Positions 25,103 through 37,486 of a stretch of 64,000 bases of DNA are shown one piece after another. This DNA comes from Torpedo marmorata (taxonomy: Eukaryota). The notes under the pieces are model-generated. The model had not been told where the DNA came from and searched no databases. It was given only the letters and a program-made list of their open reading frames with translations. The position numbers and the translations under genes were made by a program. Positions within the stretch are counted from its first letter, which is position 1, and every line of letters begins with the position of its first letter. Location: positions 54,436,001-54,500,000 of the forward strand of contig OZ360232.1 in NCBI GenBank assembly GCA_977017645.1, in the 5' to 3' direction.

Positions 25103-26616
25103 GATCACTGGACCCAAAATGTTCCCCTACACATACATCTGTCCGGTCTCATTCCTAAGTAGGAGATCCAGTGTTGCACTCTCTCCAGATGGTACCTCAA
25201 TATATTGATTTGGACAACTTTTCTGAACACGTTTGAGAAACTCTTAAGCCATCCAGCCCTTTTACAGTATGGGAGTCCCAGTCAATATGTGGAAAGTTAA
25301 AATCACCTACTATCACAACTTTGTTTCCCGCAGCTGTCTGCTATCTCCCTGCAGATTTGCTCCTCCAATTCTCGCTGACTATTGGGTGGTCAAAAATACA
25401 ACCCCATTAATGTGGTCATACCTTTCCTGTTCCTCAGCTCCACCCATATACCCTCAGTAGACAAGCCCTTTAATCTGTCCTGTCTAAGCACAGCTGTGAT
25501 ATTTTCCCTGACAAGAAATGCTACTCCTCCCCATTCATCCCTCCTGCTCTATTGCGTCTGAAGCATCAGAACCCTGGAACACTGAGCTGCCAGTCCTGCC
25601 ACCAAGTTTCACTAATGGCCACAATGTCATAATTCCACATGCCAATCCACGCTCTAAGTTTGTCTGCCTTTCCTGCAATACTCCTTGCATTGAAATGGAT
25701 GCACCTGAGAAAATTATTTCCACCAAGCACAACCTTTTGATTTCTGTCTCTATATGCAGTCTTAACATCATCTTTTTCATCCTCCACTCCACGATCTGCT
25801 CTGTCACTCTGATATCCATCCCCATGGAAATCTAGTTTAAACCCCCTGAAGCAGCACCAGCAAACCTTCCTGCAAGGATATTAGTCCCCCTCCAGTTCAG
25901 ATGCAAACCGTCCCACCGGTACAAGTCCCACCTTCCTTGGAAGAGAGCCCAATGATCCAAAAATCTGAAGCCCTCCCTCATGCACCATCTCTTTAGCCAC
26001 GTGCACTAGCACTTGGAGAAAGGTCACTGTTATTTACAACTTCAGATATAAAGTTTGGCCCTGAAATACCACTAACTTCCAAAACAGAAACACATTTGCT
26101 CATTCAGGCAGGGATGATATCCTAATTCATTCAAAAGCATTAATTTATCGGTTTTCCTAATGTTTAAATGGCATAAATTTTCAAAGAAATTCAATTTCTC
26201 ACATTTTCAATTCCATTTCGATACATCCAAGGAGGAGGCCTTGAATACTAGTACATTATACCTCTTCTTTTACCTCCAGTTTAAAGATTTGTTTTATCTG
26301 TTGACTTTTTAAGCTTGATTTTGCTTGCCAATCATTCAATAGTTCAAGCCAATGTTACAATGGCTTTCTCTGGGAAATCAGAGGAGGGTTCACCATTGAG
26401 AAAATTTTGAAAACCAATGGAATGTACATTACATTTTCAATCAAAAATCTTAAAATTTTGACCGAAACACACTAGGGTCAGAAGAATTAAGCAGATTTTA
26501 ACTTTTTCTAGACATTTTTAATGGAAAGTGGAGAGGATAAAATTACTTCTTTGGATATTATCTTAGCTTAAAGCTTACTTAAATATATATCATGAATTAA
26601 TAAACATCTTAGTTAC

Positions 26617-26772
26617 CTTCGAACAACTTCTTTCCAGCCATCTTCTCTCTTTTGACCTCGCTTTGGACTGGTTAAATTCATCTTTCCATTTGGGGAGGAC
26701 AATGGCAGTGATGTGGACTTGTGTGTTGTAGTTAGCAAGTTGGAATTTGTTTCATTGGTGCCATCATGCAAT
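26617..26772 (-). CDS. ANKHD1: ANKHD1 exon, 156 nt (LHDGT...SPKRGQKREDGWKEVVR)
   Basis: Acceptor ctag|ATTGCA, donor AAG|gtaact; GWKEVVRR motif precedes the KH domain. Confidence 0.92.
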
Positions 26773-26864
26773 CTAGAAATAAACACATTTCATAAATAGA
26801 AGAAAATGCCAAAAGTAAAGCGACTGGAGGAATAACCAATGTCAACATACAATTTTAATCTCAC

Positions 26865-27315
26865 CTTGCATGATTCTGAGTTTCTGGGAAGGAAGTACTG
26901 GACTTTTCACTTCTTGTAGGATATAATTTCTGCTCACTGAAGTTGTGGAAATCTGCAATTACGTTGAGCTCTTGGCTTTTACCACCACTGCTGCACTCAC
27001 TATTGCAATCAGTGCTGTCAACGTTGTCGGAATCACTGTTCCCCCCTGCACCACCGCCTCTTGGTTCTCCATTTATTTTATTTTTATCTGCCTTCTGTTG
27101 GGCTATAGACATATGCTGATCTTCTAGAATTATTTGAACACTCTGAGAAGAATCTTTAGTTTTGTTTTTCTTGTTCTTCCTATTGGTACTTGGTGTTGTC
27201 ACTACATTAGCTCTCTTTTTTCCATAAGGACTAGTGAAGGTGGCTGAAGTTGCAGAAATACCAATGGTTGTAGTTGTGGTTGCACTGGGAGGTTCTATAG
27301 GCACAACCTCTTCAT
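26865..27315 (-). CDS. ANKHD1: ANKHD1 exon, 451 nt (DEEVVPIEPPSATTTTTIG...ETQNHAR)
   Basis: Overlaps ORF 26861-27304; acceptor ctag|ATGAAG, donor AAG|gtgaga. Confidence 0.92.
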
Positions 27316-27397
27316 CTAGAAAAATAGGAGCAAGTCAGCTCAATATTTAAAAAAAACAAAAATATTTACCTTCTACAATTAACATAAAACAGCTTGC

Positions 27398-27563
27398 CTT
27401 CAAATCTATCCTTTTCAAGAGTTTGCTGTTTTTCTGAACTTTCCTTCACTCTGGCTTCTTCCTCTTCCTGCTTCCGCTTCTGCTCTTCTTTCTTCTTCTT
27501 CCTTTTTTCCTTTCTTTTCTCCCTTTTTGCTGCAAGAGCTAGTTTTCGGCTTTCTTCTCTTGA
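27398..27563 (-). CDS. ANKHD1: ANKHD1 exon, 166 nt, Lys/Glu-rich coiled coil (SREESRKLALAAKREKRKEKRKKKKEEQ...DRFE), GC donor
   Basis: Acceptor tag|TCAAGA; only the GAAG|gcaagc donor keeps the frame with the next exon. Confidence 0.85.
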
Positions 27564-27709
27564 CTATAATGATATTAATGTACATGCCCCATTATTTTCA
27601 AATAGACTGTTGCAAGAAGAGAATTATTTCAGGAGACATTTTAAAACAAATTTTCAGGTCAATTTTAAATCCAGTCAACATGTAGATACAAAAGTAGGCA
27701 TATTAATTA

Positions 27710-28320
27710 CACTGGACAATGAAGATTTTGCTTCCTGAACACTTTTGTGTGTTTTTTATAGATTTGATAACGAGAATCACCTTAAAATTTTCCATTTCAT
27801 ATACTGTTTATTTGGATATAACCTATTTATGTTATTTCCTGTCATATTTTAAGTCTACTTCAAGCATACAAAACCATGAATGCAACACGTCATTAAAAAT
27901 TAATTTTCTGCATTCGCACTTGGACTTCTTCCCTGCTGATCTTGGTGCAGTCAGTGAAGAACATGGTGAAAGGTTTCAACAGGACATTGCAACCATGGCA
28001 AAGCTGTATCAGGGCAAATGGAATCCATCAATGCTGGCCGACTATTGTTGGACACTGACACGAAAGGCATCAGATGCTGAGTACAAACGAAAATCAGCGG
28101 CAGAACATTTTTAGGTCAGTTGAACTAACGCAATGTGTCAGCATCATTATGCGATTAAACATGTTAAATTTAATAAAAATTAATTTAATGTTTCTCCAAC
28201 TTCCCACGAGATACACCAAATCTGAAATTATCTTTATGTTCAGCTTGATGTTGTCTATCAGAATCCCCAATGTTTTTTTTTTCAGGAAGCATACCTTTTT
28301 TAAAAATTTGTTGTCCAGTG
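27710..28320 (+). mobile_element. Chapaev3-like non-autonomous DNA transposon, copy 2
   Basis: CACTGGACAA...TTGTCCAGTG, TTA TSD; ORF SLKINFLHSHLDFFPADLGAVSEEHGERFQQ...MLADYCW. Confidence 0.85.
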
Positions 28321-28581
28321 TTAGAAGGCCTGAAGGAAATTACAGGATAAAACAATGGCACGGATTTTCCACCTGCAATGGATAATAACCTACCAACTTT
28401 AAATGCATTAACACTAGAATTGGAAAATTCAGGATAATGTTTGCCTCTTCAAATATGCTGACAATTTTAATACAGCTAAATATCATCTTCATATTTCAAT
28501 ATATGTGTTCAAAATGGAAATCAAATACAGAGTGTGGTAATTTTCAGATATCCATTAGAATTTTTCAGAATAGCCTCCCAC

Positions 28582-28698
28582 CTTTTCCAAATCTAGCTCC
28601 TTCAGCAGAATGCTTGCATTCTTGTTTGCTTCAGCAGCTTGCTGATCCTTTGCCTTAACTATCGTTTCCATGCATTGGTGGCATTTTTTAAGCAGCTC
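28582..28698 (-). CDS. ANKHD1: ANKHD1 exon, 117 nt (ELLKKCHQCMETIVKAKD...ELDLEK)
   Basis: Inside ORF 28555-28869; acceptor cag|GAGCTG, donor AAG|gtggga. Confidence 0.93.
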
Positions 28699-30039
28699 CT
28701 GGAATAATGAATTATAATTAAAGGGCTTAAGTTTAAGATAGAGTAGCAGAAATATACATGTATATAGTTGAAAAATGAAAAGTATAACTTGGAAGAAAAA
28801 AACATCCACAAAGCATAAAACTCTTGCTGCAGGAAAAATCTTCAAACACAGATTGTGCAGGGACAGCACAATTGCTAACTACACTTCATATAACAGTATG
28901 GATCCATTTCTATTTGAAGTCATAAATTACAAACAACCTCTTACTGCAACTTGTATATCTTTAATAAAATAGTCAAATTACAGAGGGGTGAGGAAATACT
29001 TTATCAAATCAACAAATTCTTCAAGGGTAAAGGAAGGAATTCGCAAGCCAAGAGGGGATCAAAAAAAAAAAAAAATTTGGCACAAAGCAAATCAAGGTCA
29101 GCAGGTTTACCAGATTTGGGAAGCAGGTCTTGGATACATGTGCACATAAAATTCTCTTCAACTCCAGCACTTTATAATTTCTGCGATCTTTAGGATAACC
29201 ACAACACTCAATTTTTTTATGGCTAAGATCAATAGGGCTGCTTTGTGCTTGCTTTCATTTTTGTTACATCAACAATTTACAGCATTTGCAATATCTTTCA
29301 AGACACCCAAAAATCTATGCTTCCCTCTTCCTCATCCATGCATTCTGGTTTGAGACGTTTTCTACTTTCTTGGGTTGAGCTTTGGCATATATACTGATAA
29401 TATCTGTGCACACTCTTCAGACTTGTTCAGTATTTTTTTAAAAGTTTGTATCTGGTATTGAAAAGTCTCAAACCAAAGGTTGGGAAGATGGAAGCAATCA
29501 TTTTGGATTCCTGTCCTCTTTGCTAACAGAGTCCACATGAATAAAGAATTCAATGTATACTCATTCACTTTTGATAATTTCAATTCCAGACAACCAAGAT
29601 GGGAATAAAAGCAAGCTATGTTATGGAAAGGGAGCAGTCAGTTTTTTTTGACTGAGAGGATGTTGGGGCAAAACTTCAGTTCAAGGTCAAATTGCTGGAA
29701 GCTCTTCACCACTAGATGCAAATTGAAAACAAAGCACCGGCAATTGTGCAGATATAATCAGCGTACATGTGAAAGAGGAACTCAGGAGAACAGAATTTAT
29801 GGACAAGGAAGAGTCAAGAATATTTTTGGAACATCTTGAGAGATGATGCCAGAACAAAATTTGAACCAAAGACAATACCATTCAAGTCGGTAATAAAGTA
29901 TTAGATTAGAGAATGGCGAGATTGTCCATGCTAAAAACTGCAGATCTTATTGGAATAATGGGCCAGCGTCAACATTAAATTAAAACCCAGAGGTTCTATT
30001 ACTATGAACTATTAAATCTCAAGATAGAAATACTCTCAC

Positions 30040-30135
30040 CTTGTCAGTTATTGTTGCTATGTACCTCATACACTCAATATCAGATGGAAATTGATTCACC
30101 TCCTTCACCAAATACTGCACAACCTTTACATGACC
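30040..30135 (-). CDS. ANKHD1: ANKHD1 exon, 96 nt (GHVKVVQYLVKEVNQFPSDIECMRYIATITDK)
   Basis: Acceptor cag|GGTCAT, donor AAG|gtgaga; phase 0-0. Confidence 0.93.
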
Positions 30136-30532
30136 CTGAGGAAAAACACACATGATTCAACCACTATAAAAAGTTGTGTTCATACAAAAATCAATGAAAT
30201 CTTACTGATGAGACAGACCATTGCAACATTTTAAAATATCGAATCACCCTAAACATCCGAAGGAACAATATTTCATTATTTTCCATATTTTTATTGGCTT
30301 CACTCTTTCGATACAATTTATTTGGCAGACATTTTTGGTGCATTTAAGTGATACCAGGAATATAAAATATCTTTTATATTATGTAAAAAAAACACCCTCA
30401 AGATGTTGTATGCAGGACAAAGCACCCTCTTTTGAGATATTTCATTCCTGAAATATTTCTAATATTCATGGCAGTGAGAAACCTTTATTAGATATGAAAC
30501 TTTTGTTATCACTGTAAATAGATGCTCTAAGT

Positions 30533-30761
30533 CAGCCATTTTCAACGTGGGCCCTACGGCTCCCCTGGAGGCATAAGCACATTAAGTAAAAGCCTGGTTT
30601 TCTTTTCACCTCACGTAACAAACATTTTTTAATGTTATTTATGTATTCAGTAGGAGAGAAGTGTGGAAGAAACCAAAACTTGACTGCTTCACAGGAAAGG
30701 GGGCCCATAAACTTTGAGCAGAGTCCAGGGGGGATAGCCAAAGAATGGCATAAAATGGCTG
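30533..30761. mobile_element. hAT-like MITE
   Basis: cagccattttcaac...aaaatggctg ends; flanks ctctaagt/ctctagat. Confidence 0.7.
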
Positions 30762-31101
30762 CTCTAGATACATAAATTCTTCGTGTCACCTTTTGGCAAG
30801 AGAAAGTACTTTATAGATTTATGAGGTGAAGGGAAATGTCACACAGGCGTTCATTCAAAAGGCAGCAAATAGAAATTAAATGTACATTAATATAACTAAT
30901 CTTTTTCTACAAACCATAAGACACAAATACCATTCATATACGTTTGGTGTATTTTTATGTAAAAGTATTTACATAAAGCAAAATGCATCAGTGCTGAATT
31001 ATGAAATATACATTGAAAATATCTGGAGGAAGCAAAGTTAAATGCTTCAGCAGCACCATTTTATTCCATGTGGCAATCTTTAGAGGCACTCAAAATAAAA
31101 A

Positions 31102-31780
31102 TTTTCTTTCTTTTTAAAATATTTTTATTGGTATTTAAAGTATAAGCAATTGAACGGTACAATTATACAATGTGCTACAAAATTAGAAAAAAAAGGATTA
31201 CAAATATGATCATAATTATAGAATCCAGAGCACATTCTTAATGATGAAAAAGCATAACAACAAAAAAATACAAAAGAAAAAAAGGGGGAAAAAAAGTTTA
31301 AAAATTTCAAAACCCTTCCTCTAAACAAGGTTGAAATTGACATATATGAATCAAGTAACACCTTCTTGGAGAGGGACAACACAGTGCCAAAATTCCAGAA
31401 CAACACTAAAGATTATGATAGTAGTCCATAAAATAGCCCCATGTCTTTTGGAATTTAATATTTGAATCCTTTAAAGCATATCTAATTTTTTCTAAATTTA
31501 AGCAAGACATAATATCATTTAGCCACTGTGCATGTGTAGGTGGGGTATTATCTTTCCATTTTATCAAAATTGCACGTCTGGCTATCAACGAAGTAAAAGA
31601 TAAAATTCAGCTCTAAATGGAAGTCAATAATACATCATCCTCTTGAGATATTCCAAAAAGAGCAATTAAAGGGCAAGGTTCCAATTTTAAATTAAGAATC
31701 ACCGATGGTGTTTGAAAAACATCCTTCCAAAATTTTTCTAAGCTAGGGCAGGTTCAGAACATATGAACTAAAGAGGCATC
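31102..31780 (-). mobile_element. L1 3' fragment (ORF2 C-terminus, 3'UTR, A-rich tail)
   Basis: ORF 31406-31588 (RRAILIKWKDNTPPT...FMDYYHNL) matches the end of the L1 ORF2 at 62476-62916. Confidence 0.9.
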
Positions 31781-31935
31781 GTCACAATTCGCCTATCGTC
31801 ACAATCGCTCCACAGCAGATGCAATATCGCTAGATACCAAGCAGTTGCTCTGAACACGTTCTTAACCATGCATTTCCCAATTTTACAACATATACAAAAA
31901 AACTGGAGAGCAGTTGAGACAACGACAAGAGTTAC

Positions 31936-32098
31936 CTTGCGGAAAGCTGCCATAAGGGGTGTAATTTTTCTGTTGTCTGCAGCATCCACATCAGCACCAG
32001 CCTGGACCAATAACTGCACCACATCAAAATGCCCACCATTTGCTGCCAGCCATAAAGGTGTGTTACCTTTCTTGTTGCGAACGTCAATGTGAGCCCCT
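31936..32098 (-). CDS. ANKHD1: ANKHD1 ankyrin exon, 163 nt (GAHIDVRNKKG...MAAFRK)
   Basis: Inside ORF 31768-32118; acceptor cag|AGGGGC, donor AAG|gtaact. Confidence 0.94.
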
Positions 32099-32187
32099 CT
32101 GTTGTGTTGAAAGGACAAAATTGTTTGGCATTAATGTTATATTACTGAAGGAACAATTTTTGCATAAATATTTTAATAATTATATAC

Positions 32188-32363
32188 CTGTTTATCAGCA
32201 GTTCACAAAATTTGTAGTGACCCTTATCTGCGGCAATGGTTAAAGCTGTGTCACGTGATGAAGGCACAGGTGGTGCATTAACATCAGCACCTTTATCAAG
32301 CAGAACCCTCCCCACTTCTGCATATCCTCCAGAGGCAGCTTCCATTAAGGGTGTAAGACCAGT
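32188..32363 (-). CDS. ANKHD1: ANKHD1 ankyrin exon, 176 nt (TGLTPLMEAASGG...CELLINR)
   Basis: Overlaps ORF 32142-32345; acceptor tag|ACTGGT, donor CAG|gtatat. Confidence 0.94.
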
Positions 32364-33158
32364 CTAAACAGAAATGGCTCCAGTTATTTTAAACTGCAGT
32401 CGAACATTTCAATCTTATCTGCCATGCAATAAAAGATGTTCCACTAAAAACGATCAATGATGCATTGAATTTAATTTAACAAAATACATTCATACAGTTA
32501 CACATTATAGAACCATCAATTTACACATGAAATGTTTCAAGTTTTGTAATGTTGCAGTTGACATTCCACAAAAAGGTCTTTCTATAACTCTGTCGACACT
32601 TTTCAAAACCCAGCAATTTATTTTATTGTGGTATTAGTTAAGAGGGAAATATAATCAAACTATGTCAATTTCCCGATCATTTAATGCTACACTTCAGTAT
32701 TATCTGAAAGAACATTTATTGTCACAACATTCAAGGTTCCAATGCAGCAATGCCTAAGTATTTTACTTCTCACACCCAAGTCACTGAAGAATGAAAATAG
32801 TGCAGCCAAAGCTTGATTCTCTTAGTAATTAGCCAGCCACTGATAACCTGAAATAGTAACCCATTTACTCTGGCAGGATTATGATAACTAACCACTTTCC
32901 AATCCATGCTCATTTATTTTACTCCAAAACCATGCACCCTAAATACCAAAGCTTCTTACAAGTCTCCAATTTTTTTTATTTTATTTTTTTTAAAGAAACT
33001 CCAAATACATTACATCTATTGCTTTCCTTTACCATTCCTGCTAGGTATGCAAGACACTTAAATTTGTCAAAAAATTACCTCTACCTAAATATGCAAAGAA
33101 CAGATTCTGTGTAGTCTTTTTGTACAGCACGGTACACTTTCCAACTATGGGCACTAGT

Positions 33159-34241
33159 CAAGTCAAGTCACCTTTATTTGTCGTTCATTACCATATACAC
33201 AGTAAGACGAGATAGTGTTTCTCCAGGACCATGGGCAGATGTACATAAATATATTCATAATACAATAGAAAAACTATAACATGCTAATACACATATATAT
33301 CTAGGAATTGAGGAGCCTGATGGCTTGGGGGAAAAAAACTGTTGCACAGTCTGGACGTGCGAGCCCGAGTGCTTCGGTACCTCCTTCCAGATGGCAAAGA
33401 GGAAGACAGTTTACCAAAGGGGTGTGATAAGTCCTTCACAACGTTTTTAGCCTTCCTCATGCATCGTGTGTTGTAAATGTCTGTCATGGTGGGGAGAGAA
33501 ACTCCAATAATTTTCTCCACTGCCCTCACTGTCCTCTGCAGGGTCTTTCGGTCCGAGGTGGTACAGTTTCCAAACCAAGCGGTGATGCAATTGCTCAGAA
33601 TACTCTCAATGCATCCCCTGTACAATGTAGTAAGGATAGGGGGTGGGAGATGAACTTTCCTCAGTCTTCGCAGGAAGTAAAGACGCTGCTGGGCTTTCTT
33701 GACTATGGAACTAGTGTTTAGGGACCAGCTGAGACTCTCCGCCAAGTGCACTCCAAGAAACTTGGTACTCTTTACGACCTCAACAGTAGAGCCGTTCATG
33801 GTCAAAGGAGAATGATCCCCCCGGGCTCTTCTGAAGTCGACAACCAACTCTTTTGTTTTGTTCACGTTCAGCTGCAGGTTGTTGTTTCCGCACCATTCCA
33901 TTAGCGACTGCACCTCATCTCTGTATGCTGACTCATCATTCTTACTGATAAGGCCCACCACGGTTGTATCATCAGCAAACTTTATGATGTGATTCGAGCT
34001 GTGTTTTGCTGCACAGTCATGAGTCAGCAGGGAAAACAGCAATGGACTAAGCACACAGCCCTGGGGAGCCCCCATGCTCAATGTAATGACCTTGGAAGTG
34101 CTGTTTCCAATCCGGACTGCCTGAGGTCTTCCCGTCAGGAAGTCTAGGATCCAATTACAGAGGGTGTAGTTTAGGTCCAGCCCCCTCAACTTCCCTATCA
34201 GGTACTGAGGTATGATCGTGTTGAATAGTGAATCGTAATGA
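33159..34241 (-). mobile_element. Rex1/Babar LINE, 5'-truncated, long open RT C-terminal frame
   Basis: 301-aa ORF 33284-34189 ([28 protein letters not shown]); (GACTT)n tail; possible actagt TSD. Confidence 0.9.
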
Positions 34242-34864
34242 ACTAGTGTAGAATCTAAAGGAAATCTGGAAGATCAGAACTAATACTTGCACCACTCTGT
34301 TGACACCTTGTAAAACTCATCAGGTTCTTGGAATTTGTCAGGTTTAAATTTGTTCAGTACGATTTTTTTAAAAACTTGCTTATTATGACACAGAAAGAGG
34401 CCATCCAGTCCGTGTTCTCAGTGGTACTCTGTCAAATCTACATACGGCTAAGAGCAGCAACAGCAGGAGAGAAGCAGCAACAGCAGGAGAGAAGGGTGCT
34501 AATAAATTTACAGGAAAACAAAGGAATTAGAACTTGATTTTCATGGTGTAATCTGCTCTCGCCAAAGGCTAGACAATGCATTGTTTGAATGTAGTTTGGA
34601 GAATAAAGACATTGCTGCAGAAAATTTCAATAGTATATAGAGAAACAAATCCAACGACATGACAATAGTTGTAATAAAATGAAATGGTCACCAAAAGAGT
34701 CGCGACAACTGCATGTACAAAACTAAATGTCGTGCACAAACAGTTCTAAGTGTGAACATCCACAAGTTTTCTTGCTAAAATATTGATCATTAAAATGCAT
34801 TTTTAAACTCAAATGGGATTGCTTTTAATGCATTCATATATTGCAACAAATAAAATACAATCAC

Positions 34865-35078
34865 CTTTGCTCTGTGCTCAACATTTGCCTTCCTATCTAG
34901 CAGCAGGCTGACAACCTCCGCTCGACCTTGGAAACACGCCAGAGTGAGGGCGGTGTTTCTATTGGTTTCTATCTGGGCATTGATGTCAGAGCCCATATCA
35001 AGTAATAGTTTTACTGATGCCACGTGGCCATTCATTGCAGCCAACATCAGAGGAGAAATCCCCAATTTGCTGCCAGTC
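34865..35078 (-). CDS. ANKHD1: ANKHD1 ankyrin exon, 214 nt (TGSKLGISPLMLAAMNGH...VEHRAK)
   Basis: Overlaps ORF 34790-35065; acceptor cag|GACTGG, donor AAG|gtgatt. Confidence 0.94.
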
Positions 35079-36003
35079 CTGCAACAGAATAAAATTATTA
35101 AATCTTATCTGTAAATCTCTACACATTATAGCTTTCATTTGGCAAAATTGATGCATCTCATCCTGCACAACACCAAGTCTTTAAGTGATTTCGAACTGTT
35201 AAGTCCTCAGTGATGATTGATGGGGGAGGGGGGAAAGCAGCCAAAATGTTCTAAAAAACCGTTTTCCTCATCCCTTTGGCAGCTCCCTTCAAATTAAACA
35301 AAACCTTTCACACTTAAAATTGATCAAAACATACAAAAGTGACAGACATGTCTAAAACTGCATTCTTAAATATTTAATTTAAAATGTGTGCCAATAACTC
35401 AATATCACACAAGCAGCACATCATAAAACAAAATCATTAATTTCACTGCTTTCATTCACAAATTTGAGAACCTCAATTTCCTGTCTTCCCTTCAAGTTGA
35501 TCTTTAAAATGAGAGGGAAGACCTTTTGTCTGCATGGTTAGTTATTTCTTCATCACTAAATTTGACTTTGAATTCACTGACTTTGAATTCACTGGCTTTT
35601 CATTCCTTACTTCCATTCTCAATCTTTGAGGCACATTGTGAAAGAGAAAATATTATTGGTCTTATGCTCACCAAGTTCCCAGATATCCTCAAATACTTGT
35701 CAGCTTGCACTTTCAATTTATGGGAAGGTTTTGTTACGCTAAAGAATGTAAGACATCATCCAACTCGCTAGAAAAGCTTCAGCAAAAGCAAGCACCATGA
35801 CTTTTTTTTGGAGGTGGGATGGAAGGTGGGGATTGGTGGGAATGAAACAATGTATTCATTTTGAAATCAAATCTGTGAATATCAATTAATCAAGAGATCA
35901 GCGTCAGAGGCAAGATTTCGAAACAGAGCCTTGAATATTTTGATCACTTCAAGAACACATTGTCATTTTGAAAGTATGATTCGTGTATTTGGATCTGTAA
36001 TAC

Positions 36004-36146
36004 CTGGAATTAATTTCTGCTCCAGCATTCAGAAGGATCTTAATGATGTTAACATAGCCACCAGAGGCTGCAAGACTTAGAGGCGTGTAGTCTGAAACAT
36101 TCCGATGTTCTTTGTTTGCACCACGAGCCAACAGCAGCTCTACTAC
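36004..36146 (-). CDS. ANKHD1: ANKHD1 ankyrin exon, 143 nt (VVELLLARGANKEHRN...AEINSR)
   Basis: Overlaps ORF 35949-36131; acceptor taag|GTAGTA, donor CAG|gtatta. Confidence 0.93.
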
Positions 36147-36549
36147 CTTAAGACATTCAAGAAAAGGTTTAGAAATGAATTTAAAGTTAAAAATATTTGA
36201 TTCACTTTATGAAACATTACATGTTAAGACATAATTATGGTGTTAATTGGGATACCATTCTGACAGCATGTGCATGTGATGCTAGTTGAGAATTATACTC
36301 TTGCCTGGGAATTTAGTTCCAACATGAGGTGACCAATGCTATGACAAAAAGCTGACCATTAATTACTTTATGACTGCAATTGACCATTTTTACTAATTAT
36401 AATCGAGAGAAGTGTCTTGACTTTATGAATTGAGCAGTTATTTCATTAAATTGAGATTATACTTTGATGCAATGCAACAAGCAATTTCCATTATACTCTC
36501 ATGTTACACATTGCATTTAAACTCTATTACAGATGTAGAGGTGTCTTAC

Positions 36550-36695
36550 CTCTTGCCTTCCTCCAGAACAAGCCAATGACAATGGTGTATCCTTGGTGCG
36601 TTCTGATTGTGCTTCAATATCCGCACCTTTATCCAGCAGTATTTCTACAACACCAACATGACCAGCCGTGGCAGCTAAAATTAGTGGTGTAAAAC
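36550..36695 (-). CDS. ANKHD1: ANKHD1 ankyrin exon, 146 nt (GFTPLILAATAGH...CSGGRQE)
   Basis: Acceptor tag|GTTTTA, donor GAG|gtaaga. Confidence 0.93.
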
Positions 36696-37313
36696 CTAAT
36701 CAGAGGAAAAATTAGGTTTTGTAGTCAACTTCAAATTAAACTTGCTGGTGATCCACTAATATAAACATCCTAAAATTGGAGCTCCATTCTGAGATCTTAA
36801 ATGATATATATCCACATGGATATATGAAACCTTTCTGAAGGACACCCATGTCTGATATTGTCAAGTCTATTGCCCCACTGGTCAATGAATAAATAAATTT
36901 ACCCAGTGCAGGCCAATCAAATAATGGTGCTTTCATTTGGAGATTGAAAAAGGATACTTTCACAAGGTGAAACAGTGTACGTGAAAAGGAAGCCTGAGCA
37001 GAACAAACATTATTTCATACTTGTCTTAGACCAATGGTCCAGTTCTTTGCTATATAATTGGCCAACATCTTCTCGAACAGCTTACTATGGAGCAGTTAAT
37101 GGTTAAATGAGTAGCTGTAAAAGGAAACTTCATATTTCAAATTCCAATAGAATCTCCAATCATTCATTTGCAGTTAAAAGCCTCACAAGGAAAAGCATTT
37201 TCAGAGAAATCTTCCGGACAAATAAACTCAAATACACTAATCGTAGAAGAGCTGCCCTACATGCTTTGATTACTGCCGAAGGTCTCTAGGTTTATCTTGG
37301 CGCAGCACATATT

Positions 37314-37486
37314 AGATTCAAGATCAAGATTCAATTTACCATCATTGTAATAAAACAGTGTCATATTACATGAAATTGCTTTTGCCTGCTGTAAGGCAGA
37401 CAGATTCGCCATCGGCAGAAATTGCCTGAAGCGCCTCCTTACAGTCAGAGAAAGAGAAGCAAAAGAGAGTCCCCCCAGAGTCACCG
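37314..37486 (-). mobile_element. 3' fragment of the 7830-8662 element
   Basis: Matches the reverse complement of about 8485-8660 including the tail. Confidence 0.85.

Larger units (their letters stand above)
22605..26048 (-). mobile_element. CR1 LINE, about 3.4 kb (end of ORF1, disrupted ORF2 EN+RT, 3'UTR)
   Basis: ORFs CIHFNARSI...DIVAISETW (endonuclease), FKKGSKNNPGNY..., YMDFSKAFD, RRMRGDLIEVYK; gttctatggttcta tail. Confidence 0.92.

Noticed and set aside
27369-27370. GT donor AAG|gtaaat for the Lys-rich exon
   Set aside because: It gives a 54-nt intron and an immediate TGA; the GC donor at 27397 keeps the frame
29618-29945. Possible old Gypsy integrase C-terminal remnant
   Set aside because: Only a faint resemblance with no diagnostic motif or LTR; needs a translated search
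35562-35591. 15-bp tandem duplication TGACTTTGAATTCAC x2
   Set aside because: Ordinary slippage duplication with no other signal
37303-37313. GCAGCACATAT resembling the U6 snRNA 5' region or a miR-15/16 seed
   Set aside because: The match is only about 11 nt, with no further U6 similarity and no hairpin
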